A program made the position numbers and the translations under genes. The notes beneath the pieces were generated by a model. That model did not search any database and was not told the DNA's origin. It was given only the letters and a program-made list of their open reading frames with translations. From Callorhinchus milii (Eukaryota), in contig NW_024704742.1 of NCBI RefSeq assembly GCF_018977255.1, forward strand, positions 119,600,001-119,664,000: DNA of 64,000 nt, in the 5' to 3' direction. Below, one piece after another: positions 13,746 through 25,360 of the stretch (position 1 is its first letter; each line of letters begins with the position of its first letter).

Positions 13746-14091
13746 CATATCTCTCTCTTATCCTCACTGTTGGGTAAGTGTGTACACATGCACATGTATG
13801 AATGTTTGTGGTGTGTGTTTTTCTGCCCTACACAATTGAATAGCTGGCCATCTAGGCTATTTTCATCTTTATACACATGAACAATGACTTCCTGAGTAAG
13901 GTTCCAGAGGACTGCCTGCATCCGTGTGGATGGTAACCCAGCCAGAGTCAGCACGTTCAGGTAGGAAGGAGAAAGAAACAACACACTGAAATGCTTACAA
14001 GTCCAACTCTAAGGGATTGTGAATGCTGTATGAAAAAAGCACATTAGGTGGTTGAGTTTTTAAAATCTCAAAGGATATCAACAAACTGTGT

Positions 14092-14392
14092 GGAGTCCTG
14101 TAGCTCAGTGGTTAGAGCACTTGCCTCGTAAGTGAGAGACCCGGGTTCGATTCCTAGCGGGGCAAAAGCTTGGGCAAGTTTCCTTACTCCACACGCCTGA
14201 TAATAATCCCTCAAGGAAATAAGTAAAATAACAATTTGGTCACTCAATCAGTGGGACACTGCTTTGCACAATTGGCTGCCGCGTTTCGCCCACAAATATA
14301 CAGTCAATTCACTTTACAGTATATTCTGTGAAGCGCTTTGAGACGTCTAGAAGAGGTGAAAAGTGCTAAAGCAAATGCAATAATTGTTATTA
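14092..14392 (+). mobile_element. Full-length tRNA-Ala-derived SINE (short variant) with intact Pol III boxes
   Basis: A-box TAGCTCAGTGG, B-box GGTTCGATTCC, Deu-like segment and L2-type tail. Confidence 0.92.
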
Positions 14393-17300
14393 AAATGAAG
14401 CATTGCTTACTTTACACTAAGTGTTTAAGACTCCGAGACTATCCTGCTTGACCGGCACTATATAAATGCAAGTTGTTGTTGTTGACTTATGCGGTGCTTC
14501 AAGGACTAGATCATAGGAAAATGACTCAGTTCAAAATTCAACTTGGAGTGGTGAGAAATTGTTCTAGAACCAACACAAAAGGAATATGGCAATTGCTTAT
14601 ATAAATCCCAGGGAGACCTAACCTTCACAAGCTCAAATGGTTTCTTTCATCTTACCTTACACTTCTAAAATAAGTAATCATCCATTGAATCATTTATCGG
14701 AGTTGCTGAAACAATTGCTAAGCAAGCTTGTACATTTAGTGACTAACACATATGCTAAGTAATAAGATTACTGTGCTTTTCAATTCTAGATCCACTGAAA
14801 ATGGTTGCAAATATATCAAACTGCAATAAGACAAATTTAGCAGCAGGTCAGATGTGCACTAGAGTAAGTGCCACATATTTACTTTTTATCCTATTTGAAT
14901 GAGCAGGGTAACTCTCTTCAACAGTGTGAAAAAAAATAAAACTATCTCTGAATACGATTTTCAATGTGTGAAAACTTTAGTATATAACAGCACGTTTCCT
15001 TTCATTAAAAGGAGAATTGTGTTACTTCAAGCATTTACATATAAAACGGTTTTATTAAAGTGAGGGTAAAATTCGAAGCTCAAGTCTTATCGTTTCCCCT
15101 TGGTTGTGTTTAAAGAAAAAAATTCTCCTGCAATGTTATGGAATTTATGCTAATAGTCTGTTGCAAAAATACTGCACTGACATAAGACAATTTTGGATAT
15201 TATGAATTTATTGCCTACAAAAATAAATAACCATGATGGCAAAATCAGCCAATATCAGATTGCAAAAATGAAGACATGGCTGATTATGCCAATGTGACAG
15301 TCACCTACTGCATTTTAGAAATGGAAATTTGAAATCAGCCTTTGAAGCCTCCTTTAACAAGCTTTGCTAAGGAAAAATAATTCATTTTCATTCAACTGTG
15401 CATACAGGCAGTTTCATAAATAATTTATATTCTCACTGTTGACTGAAAGGTTATCTTTAAAATCAGACAGATTCAGTCTCAGCAATTCTCAGTTATTTAC
15501 ATTGTGATAAATGTTTCATTTTATGGATGAGTCTAGGACTCAAGACAACAGAATTAGAACTTTTAAGTATTTTGAAAAAGATGCCAATTATTTCAGGGAG
15601 GTAATTTATTCACAAATTGTGCAATTACATCATTGTAATGCGTTCTAAGCATTCCATAAAACTATTTTGTTGGTTTCCCATCACAGCATCTTCTGGAACA
15701 CATTCCTATTCAACATTAACATTGGATAACCTCTCCCCTCCCCCAGCACAGATGCATCAAGCTTAAGCTATTATTTCCAACAAGACAAATACTGTTAGAT
15801 AAATTCTGGCAGGCTTCCTAGTGTTGCTCATTAAGTAGCTTCAGTGATACCTAAATATTCCTATCAGTTTCTCCTTGGTTGGCAATAAACATGACCCCAT
15901 TACACAACTGCGGTACATTACACACTGAAACCCTTTCACCTAATGGTCACATAAGGTCTATCATATCAGAGCATGTGGAATATTACTATATATAATAATG
16001 CTCTTCCAACTGCTACAGCTCCAACATCTAGGTAGCATGGTTATAAACATTAGCTATAATGTAAACACACCCACCTTTTTAAATGTTCAGATAGGTTTCA
16101 CTCTATCCTGAACTACATTGGCTCGGTCAAACCTTGTTTAAGACCTGACAAAATTGAACTCGATGTGAAAAAAAATCTTGCCGATAAATATGTCATTTCA
16201 AGGCACGGCTATCTTGTTGCAAAGTTTATAACCACTGAGGAGAAAAAATATATATACAACTGAAAGAGCTCTAATTGGGCAGTTGTGACCAACTGCGACT
16301 CCTCAGGGATGAGGATTTTTCTCTCCTAACTATACTGTTGCAAGTCAAAGCCTGCTGTGTTGTTTTCTCAAACTATAATGCACATTCATGCAAGCCCTTG
16401 CCTGCTGTGGGCTCTCTCTTTCAATCTCCAGCCAGCACAATGCTCAATTTCCATCTCTCTTTGACTGACACAAACAGTAGGAGCTTTCACATTCACATTT
16501 CACACCTAATCTGCTCACTTGCCAACTCCTGAAAACAGAGCCAATGTGTCGAGATTTATCATTCATCTCCTTTAATCAATTAGATTTTGCCACATTGCTA
16601 CTAGCCACACAGGTTCTTAGGTGTCCTTACTGCTGCTTTCTTACAAGCTGCTTAAAATACATTTTAAAATATTACAAATTTTACTCTGGTTTGCAGCTCT
16701 GGCAGAAAATCTTAGGAATCTAAGAACCAGTAATATAAAAAAGAAACCCGTAACATTAAGTAGTATTCTTTAGTAAAGGAGACAATAACATAAAATAACA
16801 GTAAAATAACAGAACTAGGCAATTTAGCATGTGATTATTTCGGGATGGTATTCAATGTTGTTCTGGATCCCTATACAACATGGAGAAGTTCTGCAAATAC
16901 TTGTCTGGTCAAAGGACATTCAACTCTAAACATAACGGTAAAATGCAACTAAAGCACATCAAGACATTGGACATCCTCTCGACGTAAAAGGTGCTATACA
17001 AATGTAATTTTGTTGCTGTATCCCTTTGTACTCTTTGATCCTAAAGTTTTAAAATATAGTAATTCATTGGAGATGAGGCAGTATAATAGCTTGCATTTAT
17101 ATAGCACTGTTCAAGCAAAGTAAAATCTCGGAGTGCTCTATGAGATGATGCTGGACATCAAGATGGCAAGATGTTAGGGGGGTGGGGGGGCTAGACTCCA
17201 CCCCAAACGATAGCCTGAAAGTCTCATTCGTGAAGGTTCTATGGATGGCTGATCAGGGATATATAAAGGTCACACGGGTGTAAGTGGATGTTCTTTTGAG

Positions 17301-18224
17301 GTGGAATTAGCACACATTGTTGGGTAGAGAACAGAGAGCCCTGCTCTCCATGGCTCATTTGCTACCTGCCCTGGGAGTGCTTGAAGCCCACACTTGGTAC
17401 ACAAAAGTAAAGGCGTGTTATTTTTCTAAAACAATAAATATTTAACCTAGAATACCCAGAAAGTAATAGAATAGGTAAAGATAAATAAAGATAGATAAAG
17501 CAAAAGATAAATGTAAGACACAGTGAATAGGGAAAACTGGGCAATAGTGTCACAGGACTAGTATAGATGAAGATATTTAAAAAGAAGTTTAATTTAAAAG
17601 AGGTTTGTAGTTATTTTAGCAGTGTTGATATACCAGAAATAAAGCTATTCCTAACTTTTGAATTTTTACGGCAATATTGGTACCTATTGTTCCGCTAGCA
17701 GTTCAAGGGTTAATCTTAAATTGTGGTCAGTTCTATGTTGATTTTTGCCCATCAGCTCGAGACTAGTCCAAGGTTACGTTTCTTGAAGGTCACTATTGCA
17801 GATAAAAGACTTTTGTCATTCAGTAACAATCTGGTTGAGTTTCAACCTACGTCCAAGAGTTGAAAAGGCAGTAAGTAACCAAGACCCCTCTGCCAAATAG
17901 CTCCAGTGACACAACAAAAGGTAACCACATAATAATGTAGTGTTTTGGGTCCATTAGACTCCCTGTTGTAACAAGTCTGTGAGAAAATGGCTATCGGTCC
18001 TGCTCCTGGGTCATCAAGTCAGAACTGATTAGTTCTGGCCGGCTGGCCTGACCGGTTGGCTGACACTCATCCAGAGTGCGAGTTTTTAATGCTAGAAAGT
18101 AAGAGCAGTCATGGCTGACCAGACAGTTTTCTGCGCACTGTTCACATACACAAGAAGCCGGCTAGTCCAATTTGGAAGCCAGACTAAAAGGACACCTGTA
18201 TTACAAGCAAACAATAATAACATA

Positions 18225-18430
18225 ATGATAATATTCCTTGCATTTGATATAATAATAATACTAGTATTTGATATAGCGCCTTATCACATCTTCGTGACGT
18301 CTCAAGGCGCTTCACAGAATATACTGCAAAGTGAATCGACTATATATTTGTGGGCAAATCACGGCAGCCAATTGCGCACATCAATGTTCCACAAACAGTC
18401 GTGAATTGAGTGACCAAATTATTATTACTA
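18225..18430 (-). mobile_element. SINE 3' half with duplicated terminal segment
   Basis: The ATAATAAT...TTTGATAT terminal motif occurs twice, followed by the family body in reverse. Confidence 0.8.
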
Positions 18431-18841
18431 ATAAGTTATTGAAATTAAATGAATCTCCTTCAGAGAATATCACACACAGTGCTACACCTACAATCAACGC
18501 ATTACAAACTTTCATTAGGCGCTCCAAGACACTGCCCCGCCTGAAGGGTACTATATAAACGCAAGTAGTTGTTGTTACTAAACTTACACACAAGGTTAAA
18601 AAATACCAGACACAATACGAATAACCAATTTAGCTATTATAAATCAGCTTTAAGGATAAGGGGAAAAAACCAGAGGACGGCACCAAGTGGATAGCTCTTT
18701 GCAGAGTGCCAGCAGGAACACAACAGGTCTTATGGCCTCCTGCATTGTAAATTTCTATTGTTCTATGGCTTACTATGACCAATGTAAAGGCTAATTTTAG
18801 AAAAAATATGTAATTGGTCATTCATTTCACAACTGTTTGGC

Positions 18842-19212
18842 GGAGTCCTGTAGTTTAGTGGTTAGAGCACTTGCCTCGCAACCCAGAGATCCGGGTTCGT
18901 TTTCCGGGCAGGACAAAATGTTGGGCAGTTTCCTTACTCTACATGCCTCTGTTTTCCTAGCTGTAAGTAGAAACCCGGTTGTTAGCCGATTGGGGGATCG
19001 CTTTTCCAGGGGTAATACTTCCTTCAAAATAATAATAATAAATTGGTCACTTCAATCCATGACTGTTTGTGGGACACTGCTGTGTGCAATTGCCTGCCGC
19101 GTATCACCTACAAAATATACAGTCAATTCACTTGACAGTATATTCTGTGAAGCGCTTTGAGACGTCTAGAAGACATGATAAGGCACTATATCAAGTGCAA
19201 GGATTATTATTA
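18842..19212 (+). mobile_element. Full-length tRNA-Ala-derived SINE (long variant)
   Basis: Head, extra segment CTGTTTTCCTAGCTGTAAGTAGAAACCCGGTTGTTAGCCGATTGG...CCAGGGGTAAT, Deu-like 3' part and tail. Confidence 0.92.
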
Positions 19213-19294
19213 TAAATTGTTGTTTGGAAATTGACTGATACAGTTACTGCACTTTATAGTAAATCCTGTGAACCTCATTGAGGGTTATCCCACC

Positions 19295-19827
19295 GTTATT
19301 TAAAAAAGGACATACATGCCCTAGAGGGGGTGCAGCGTAGATTCACGAGGTTAGTTCCTGGGATGAGGGGACTGACCTATGAGGATAGGCTGAATAAACT
19401 AGGGCTGTATTCTCTAGAGTACAGAAGAATTAGGGGAGATCTTATTGAAACATATAAGGTTCTTAAAGGGCTGGATAAAGTAGACACTGAGGGTCTGTTT
19501 CCCCTGGTAGGAGAATCTATAACCAGGGGTCACAGTCTTAAAATTAAGGGTCAGCCTTTTAGAACAGAGTTGAGGAAACATTTCTTCACTCAGAGGGTAG
19601 TGAATGTATGGAATTCACTACCCCAGAAGGCTGTAGATGCTTAGTCATTGAACACCTTCAAGGCTGAGACTGATAGATTGTTTTAAAAATAGAGGGATTA
19701 GGGGATATGGGGACAGGGCAGGTAATTAGAGTTAGGTTAGAAGATCAGCCATGATCTTATCGAATGGTGGGGCAGGCTCGAGGGGCCGAATGGCCTACTC
19801 CTACTCCTAATTCTTATGTTCTTATGT
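19295..19827 (+). mobile_element. CR1 LINE 3' end, inserted into an older SINE tail
   Basis: Peptide QRRFTRLVPGMRGLTYEDRL...TRGHSLK...FFTQRVVNVWNSLP; tail GGGGCCGAATGGCCTACTCCT...(TTCTTATG)2; the SINE tail AAAAGGCGCTGTATCAAA resumes afterwards. Confidence 0.93.
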
Positions 19828-21045
19828 AAAAGGCGCTGTATCAAAAGACAAGGATTATTATTTTAACATTTCTGCTTTTTAATATAAACCATTTGTTTAA
19901 AATCATTATAAATTTTTTTTAATAGGTCAAAGATACACCTCTCTCATTCAATGCAAATAACACACTAAATTGATGATTAAGATGCTATAATAATTATGGG
20001 TTCCAATTGCCAAGTTGACATAGATTGTAAGCGCTATATCAAATGCAAGGATTATTATTATTGTATCCTTACCATGCCCTACAGACTAAAAATGACATTA
20101 GATGTACTATACATCCTCACTCTCCCCATCCATTTAGAGCACCATGACGTAAAAGCATTTCATACAACATCCAGACCACTCAATGCTATGTAGTGCGGGG
20201 TTTAAATTATCTGGAGGTCAGCCAGGCGTCTGACAGATGTGGAAACTCATCACCAAGCTTCCGAGTATCCAAACCGGACAGAGTTGCACATATATATGCC
20301 TCCTACACATGGATATTTCCCCAAGTAGAATGTCCACTCTCTTCCTACATAAATCTGGAGAATATTAGGTACAGGCTGGCAACAGCCAAGGCTTGGGGAC
20401 CCCAGAATGCACAGTACTGCTGGAGATTACTCAGATAAAATCGCATATCTTGCCATTTGAGAGCACCGTCTGGCAAGCTGCCAGCTGCTTGTCTACCTTG
20501 GACCATCCTCCGCATTAAGGCTTTGGCTTGCAGGGCTAGCAGGAGCTGAGTGGAAAGAATCCCTGCTCCTAGTGAATGGTTTACTCCTCCAAGTGCTGCT
20601 GATGAGCCAGGCTGTCATCAGCAGTGTCCTGGAATACTATGGTGCCGAGACTGCCACAGAGGATTGACTTGATTCCAATTTTTCAGAATACGTGGGTCAT
20701 TACGGGCCCAGTTTTGGTCATATTCCCTGGAAACAATTCCACACATCACCACATTAATTGGGAAAATGGACAGTGGAATTCCAAGCAGCTGAGTAATATC
20801 ACTCTACTATAGAAATCAATAATAACTGAACTGTAGATCAATTCAGTGGAAGATCTGATAGGCATCAGTACAATAAGAGTATATTCAACTTGCTGGAATT
20901 TGTGTGAAGTGCAGTTTTATAACTGTTATAGATGTGCAGCACAAGTTTTGTTTAAAAAAAACAGGAACATTGCCATTTGTAGTTAAGCTGCACCACATTT
21001 TTATTCACACAAATCATATCTCAAAGCTACTCTACTTAAGACACT

Positions 21046-21250
21046 TGAAGTAAAGCCAGGAGATCCTGGAATTCCACAGCAGGTCAATTGGCATCTGAAA
21101 AAGAAAGATAGGACTTTTCAGATTTGTCTCTTCGTCAGAACAATAAGAATCTGTTCTGAGGAAGCGTCCCACCCGAAACCTTAACCAATTTTTTCCTGCT
21201 GCTCGACCTCCTGTGCCTTTCAGGTCTTACTTCAGATTTCCAGCTTTCAC
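21046..21250. mobile_element. Degenerate inverted-repeat (hairpin) element, probably derived from Penelope-like retroelement ends
   Basis: Arms TGAAGTAA...CACAGCAGGTC...TTCGTCAGAACA and TGTTCTGAGGAA...GACCTCCTGTG...TTACTTCA are reverse complements; similar to 53262-53449. Confidence 0.6.
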
Positions 21251-21849
21251 CGTTTTCTTTATCTGTACTATTAGTTCAAAGGTTTTGTGAACTATCCTTA
21301 AATAAATTGTCAAGGCATCATTTTACTTTTAACATTCTCATACTCAGTGCAAAATTTCAATTTGCTCTATCCCACTCCCCTCCAATAGAAAGGAAATAAA
21401 TGCTCTGCATAATGACATCTCTAACAGGGCAGACAGTTTTCTGACTACAGCTAATGAGAATATTTATCTTACCATCAGTGGCCTCATTCACAACACAGCA
21501 GTGCATCCAATCTGATTTGACAAATTAATTAATTTTAAGAGATACTGCTAAATAATTCTGCAGTCAAGATGCAAACTCTTTTTTCCACATACACAAATTA
21601 GACCATTTGTTACTAAAGCTGTGGAAATACAGCTGTTACTTGGAGGACTTCCTTTGTCCCACATCACTCCCCATATTATTGAGTTCCTAATCCAACATTT
21701 AAATTGCACAATCGAGATCTAAGCAAAATATTCACCAATTATTTGGATGTTGTTTACTCAAAAAAATGAACAAACTACAGTACTGTGCAGTTGGCCATAC
21801 TACAGCATGGATACAATGCTTCTGGCATTTTGCTGGAGTTAATCCATTG

Positions 21850-22125
21850 AACATGTACTTTTTTTCCCAAAATACTGCCGTATGCCCAACCAATACAGAA
21901 ACTTCTCTTGGGACTTGGAAATTCCCACTCTTTTCAAATAGTGTCACAGATCTTTAAATCCATCTGATCAGTCAGGACCTTGGATCAACTTTTTATTCAA
22001 AGGCTGTCATCTCCAACAATGCAGGGCTTTCAAGTTAAGGTAGTAACAACCTAAATTATGATCTGATGTCCCAACATGGGGCCCTAATCTACAACCTTCT
22101 AGCAGAGCGACAAGAATGCTACTAA
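21850..22125 (-). mobile_element. Old Deu-domain SINE
   Basis: Reverse of ...GATGGATTTAAAGATCTGTGACACTATTTGAAAAAGAGTGGGAATTTCC Deu core. Confidence 0.6.
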
Positions 22126-22261
22126 CAAATAGTAGGTTGGAGCATGGATATTCATCAAATCTGCTCTCTCACGTGAATCACAGGTTTCGTACAAAATTTT
22201 TTAAATCAAGTTTTATAATTTTATAAAACACAAGTTACTGACTGGCGCAGATTAATAGGAA

Positions 22262-22575
22262 GGATAATAATATTTGATATAGCACCTTATCACGTCATTG
22301 AGACGTCTCAAAGTGCTTCACAGAATATACTGTAAAGTGAATTGACTGTCTATTTTGTGGACGAAACGAGGCAGCCAATTTCACACAGCAGTTCCCACAA
22401 ACAGTCGTGGATTAAGTGACCAAATTATTTTTTAAGGCATTCTGACCCCCGGAAAACGATCCGCCAATCGACTAACAACTGAGTTCCTATTTACTGCTGG
22501 GTAAACAGAGGCGTATGGCGCAAGGAAATTTACCTAAGGTTTTACCCCGTCCTCTAACCAATATGCTACAGGGTG
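22262..22575 (-). mobile_element. tRNA-derived SINE, long variant, head partly deleted
   Basis: Reverse match to 18842-19212. Confidence 0.82.
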
Positions 22576-23229
22576 GTTGAGGCGAGGACATTGCACACTT
22601 TTCAGAAACTGCCTGATATGTTAAACGAAGGACAGTGGAATAAATATTCTGGAAGGATGAGATCAAATGGGTCAAAGGGCTTTATTTATCCAAATCTGTC
22701 TCACAAGTATTACAAATTAGTCTTTTTTTTTAAAAAATCAAGCAGTTCACAGAAATCTTACACAAGTAGAACATTTGAGGGCAAATTGGTTATGTATGTG
22801 CCTATCAAGATTCAATGTACAGTCAAATGAACTAATTCCAATAAAAACCCTTTCTCACTAAATTATTTAGTATCTATTATGCAGTTCCAATTTACTTCTG
22901 ATTTAGCATTAGTACAGAGTTAGAATTTCCTATTAATTACATATTTCAAAGAAAGCGATACACATTTAACATGTACCGTAATAATTACATGCACTTTCCT
23001 CGGGGGAATAGAAGAACATGGTCCCACGTGCTATAATGATTGTAAGAAAGTGTTTTCTCGCTGAATATTTCATCCCAAGCTTTGTTTAAATGAAATCCAT
23101 CTTTTGTTAAAGGCTGTGAACAAGTCTGAGAAAAAAACCTCTTTCCAATATGCAAAAAGACACAATGGGAACAAATTTTACACTTGCAGCAGTGAAGCCT
23201 GTTGGGCAACAGCAATCCTCATTCCAGAA

Positions 23230-23600
23230 AGACGATAGAACAGTTACAGAACAGTAAGAGGTCATTTGTCCCATTACGGCTGTGCTGTTGTTAAATTCCT
23301 CACTGGAGCCATTACTTCCTTGCTTCCTCCTTGCTTTTTAATACTTCTCCTCAAATTGCGGGGTAATTTCCTCTGAAATGGTTTCATGAACTCAGCTTCA
23401 ATAACTATTTGAGGTAAAGCATTCTACATTCCAACAATCCTCTGCATTAAAAGAATTTTAACTTCTTTTTTTAATGGTAGTCCGCAATACATGCCCTATT
23501 TTTACTGACTCACCAATTAACAGAAATAGTCTCTCTCTATTTACCCTTCAAAATTATTCATAATTTTGAAAGCCTCTATATTAAACATTTTTGATTTTTA
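23230..23600 (-). mobile_element. Old CR1 3' fragment
   Basis: Reverse reads ...AATGCAGAGGATTGTTGGAATGTAGAATGCTTTACCTCAAATAGTTATTGAAGCTGAG, a decayed form of the QRVV.WN.LP..VVEA motif. Confidence 0.55.
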
Positions 23601-23854
23601 AAAACAATTTCTTCATTTTCTCAGTTTCTGCATCCAGGATCGGTTTCAACCACTCGTAGAGTAGGTATTAGTAGTGAAATACATAGTAAAGCTCCATTAT
23701 CTCTACTCCAATAATGACATATTTTCAGCTTCAAAAGAAACACGTATAGTGTAGCAGTGCAATATTTCTTTTTCCTATGTGAGCAATCCCTATGGGCTCG
23801 TGGTCAGATAGCCAACGTTTGTCAATTGAGACTGCAATATAAACAGTATTTGTG

Positions 23855-24245
23855 TGTCAGCCTGCTGCAGTGGTGATACTCTAGCCTAAGTCAGAGGTTG
23901 TGGATTCCAACCTCGTGTTGGTACTTGGAATCACATAGCCTAAACTGGTACTCCAATGCAATGCTGGGGTGCATTGCATTGTCTCATCTTCGGATGAGAT
24001 ATTAAAGAGCCCGTTGGCACTATTCGAAAACAGAAGGGAGTTTCTCCCAGTGTCCTGGCCAACAAATCCCCCAAATAAAATTGGTCACTTACTCCATGGC
24101 TGTTTGTGGGACATTGCTGTGTGCAACTGGCTGCTGCAGTTCGCCCACAAAATAGTCAATTCACTTTACATTATATCCTGAGAAGCGCTTTGAGAAGTCT
24201 TGATGACATGATAAGGGGCTATGCAAGAATGATCATTATTATTGT
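23855..24245 (+). mobile_element. Old, near-full-length Deu-domain SINE (SacSINE1/AmnSINE-like)
   Basis: Decayed tRNA-like head, then TCTTCGGATGAGATATTAAA...GGCACTATTCGAAAACAGAAGGGAGTTTCTCCCAGTGTCCTGGCCAAC...TGTTTGTGGGACATTGCTGTGTGC and tail. Confidence 0.8.
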
Positions 24246-25169
24246 ATTGTGGGCATATGTGCAGTAGGAACTGGATTGAGGAGCTTTTTGAATCGACTCC
24301 TGATCCATAGAGATTGCAATAAGGAAGCTTTTCATCTCATTAGATAGGGTTGGATTGTGACTCACTTTAGAAAGTTAAAGGAGCAGCCTGATAACTGAGT
24401 GCACCAGCTTCTCTTCCTCCAGAAAACAATTCCTCATTTCTGCCAATAGCCATCTCTTGCACTTCAAATTGACATGTTACAAGTCATGTTTCATCTTTCC
24501 TCCAATATTTGGGGATTTTTAATTTTGAAAAGACATGACTGTCCTATAGTCTGAGTATTAAACTCTATTATCATGCTATTTCTGATCTTCACACAACCTA
24601 TTTTTGTTCTGCATTTGAAGTTTGGATTTAGATCTTGGTTTTCATTTTGCAGTTTTGATCTATATTGATTACCACATTTCCCCTTCAATTAGGATGTTCG
24701 GAATGTTAAATGACACGCAGAATTATTTCCTGATTATAAAGAAGCTGGAACTCCAGGATCCAGTGCAAGAGATATTCACCTACAAAATACACAGTCACTA
24801 CAATCTACACCAGAGTTTTGCGAAGAGCTTTGAGACCTTCTAACAATGCTATAAGGAAAATATCAAATGCAAGGAGTGGTATCATTATTGTTGGGCCTGG
24901 CAATGAAATTTAAATGTATAACTTTCTCAATAATCAGATACTTTGAAAGTTTACCCGTCAGTTGTACAGACATTTGGAGAGAATGCAACATTTTCTCCTT
25001 TTCCAAAATACTACGCAATAGATTTGCCTCTGTTGTGGCAATTCATTTATGGTCAAATGGGTAGTTAATACTCAAGACTCAACAACAACAATTTACACTT
25101 ATACAACTCATTTCATACCAGGAGGGCATCTCAAAGCACTTCATACAGATGACTGGTAATAAACAACAA

Positions 25170-25360
25170 CAATAATACTTGTATTTGTTGAGACGTCTCA
25201 AAACGCTCAATTACCCCTGGAAAGCAATCCACCAATCGACTAACAACCGGGTTCCTACTTACTGCTAGGTAAACAGAGGCATGTGGAGTGAGGAAACTTG
25301 TCCAAATCCAGGTCCTCTCACTTGCAAAGCAAATGCTTAAACCAATATGTACAGGACTCC
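25170..25360 (-). mobile_element. tRNA-derived SINE, long variant, internally deleted
   Basis: Ends in ACAGGACTCC (reverse of the head); contains AATCGACTAACAACCGGGTTCCTACTTACTGCTAGGTAAACAGAGG. Confidence 0.8.

Noticed and set aside
14092..14170. tRNA-Ala-like cloverleaf (also at 3043, 18842, 61971 and others)
   Set aside because: Each continues into SINE body and tail; these are SINE heads, not tRNA genes
16516..16545. Acceptor-like ctctgttttcag followed 10 nt later by gtgagc on the minus strand (possible microexon)
   Set aside because: Frame-shifting length and does not encode the expected KELSLPRRG peptide
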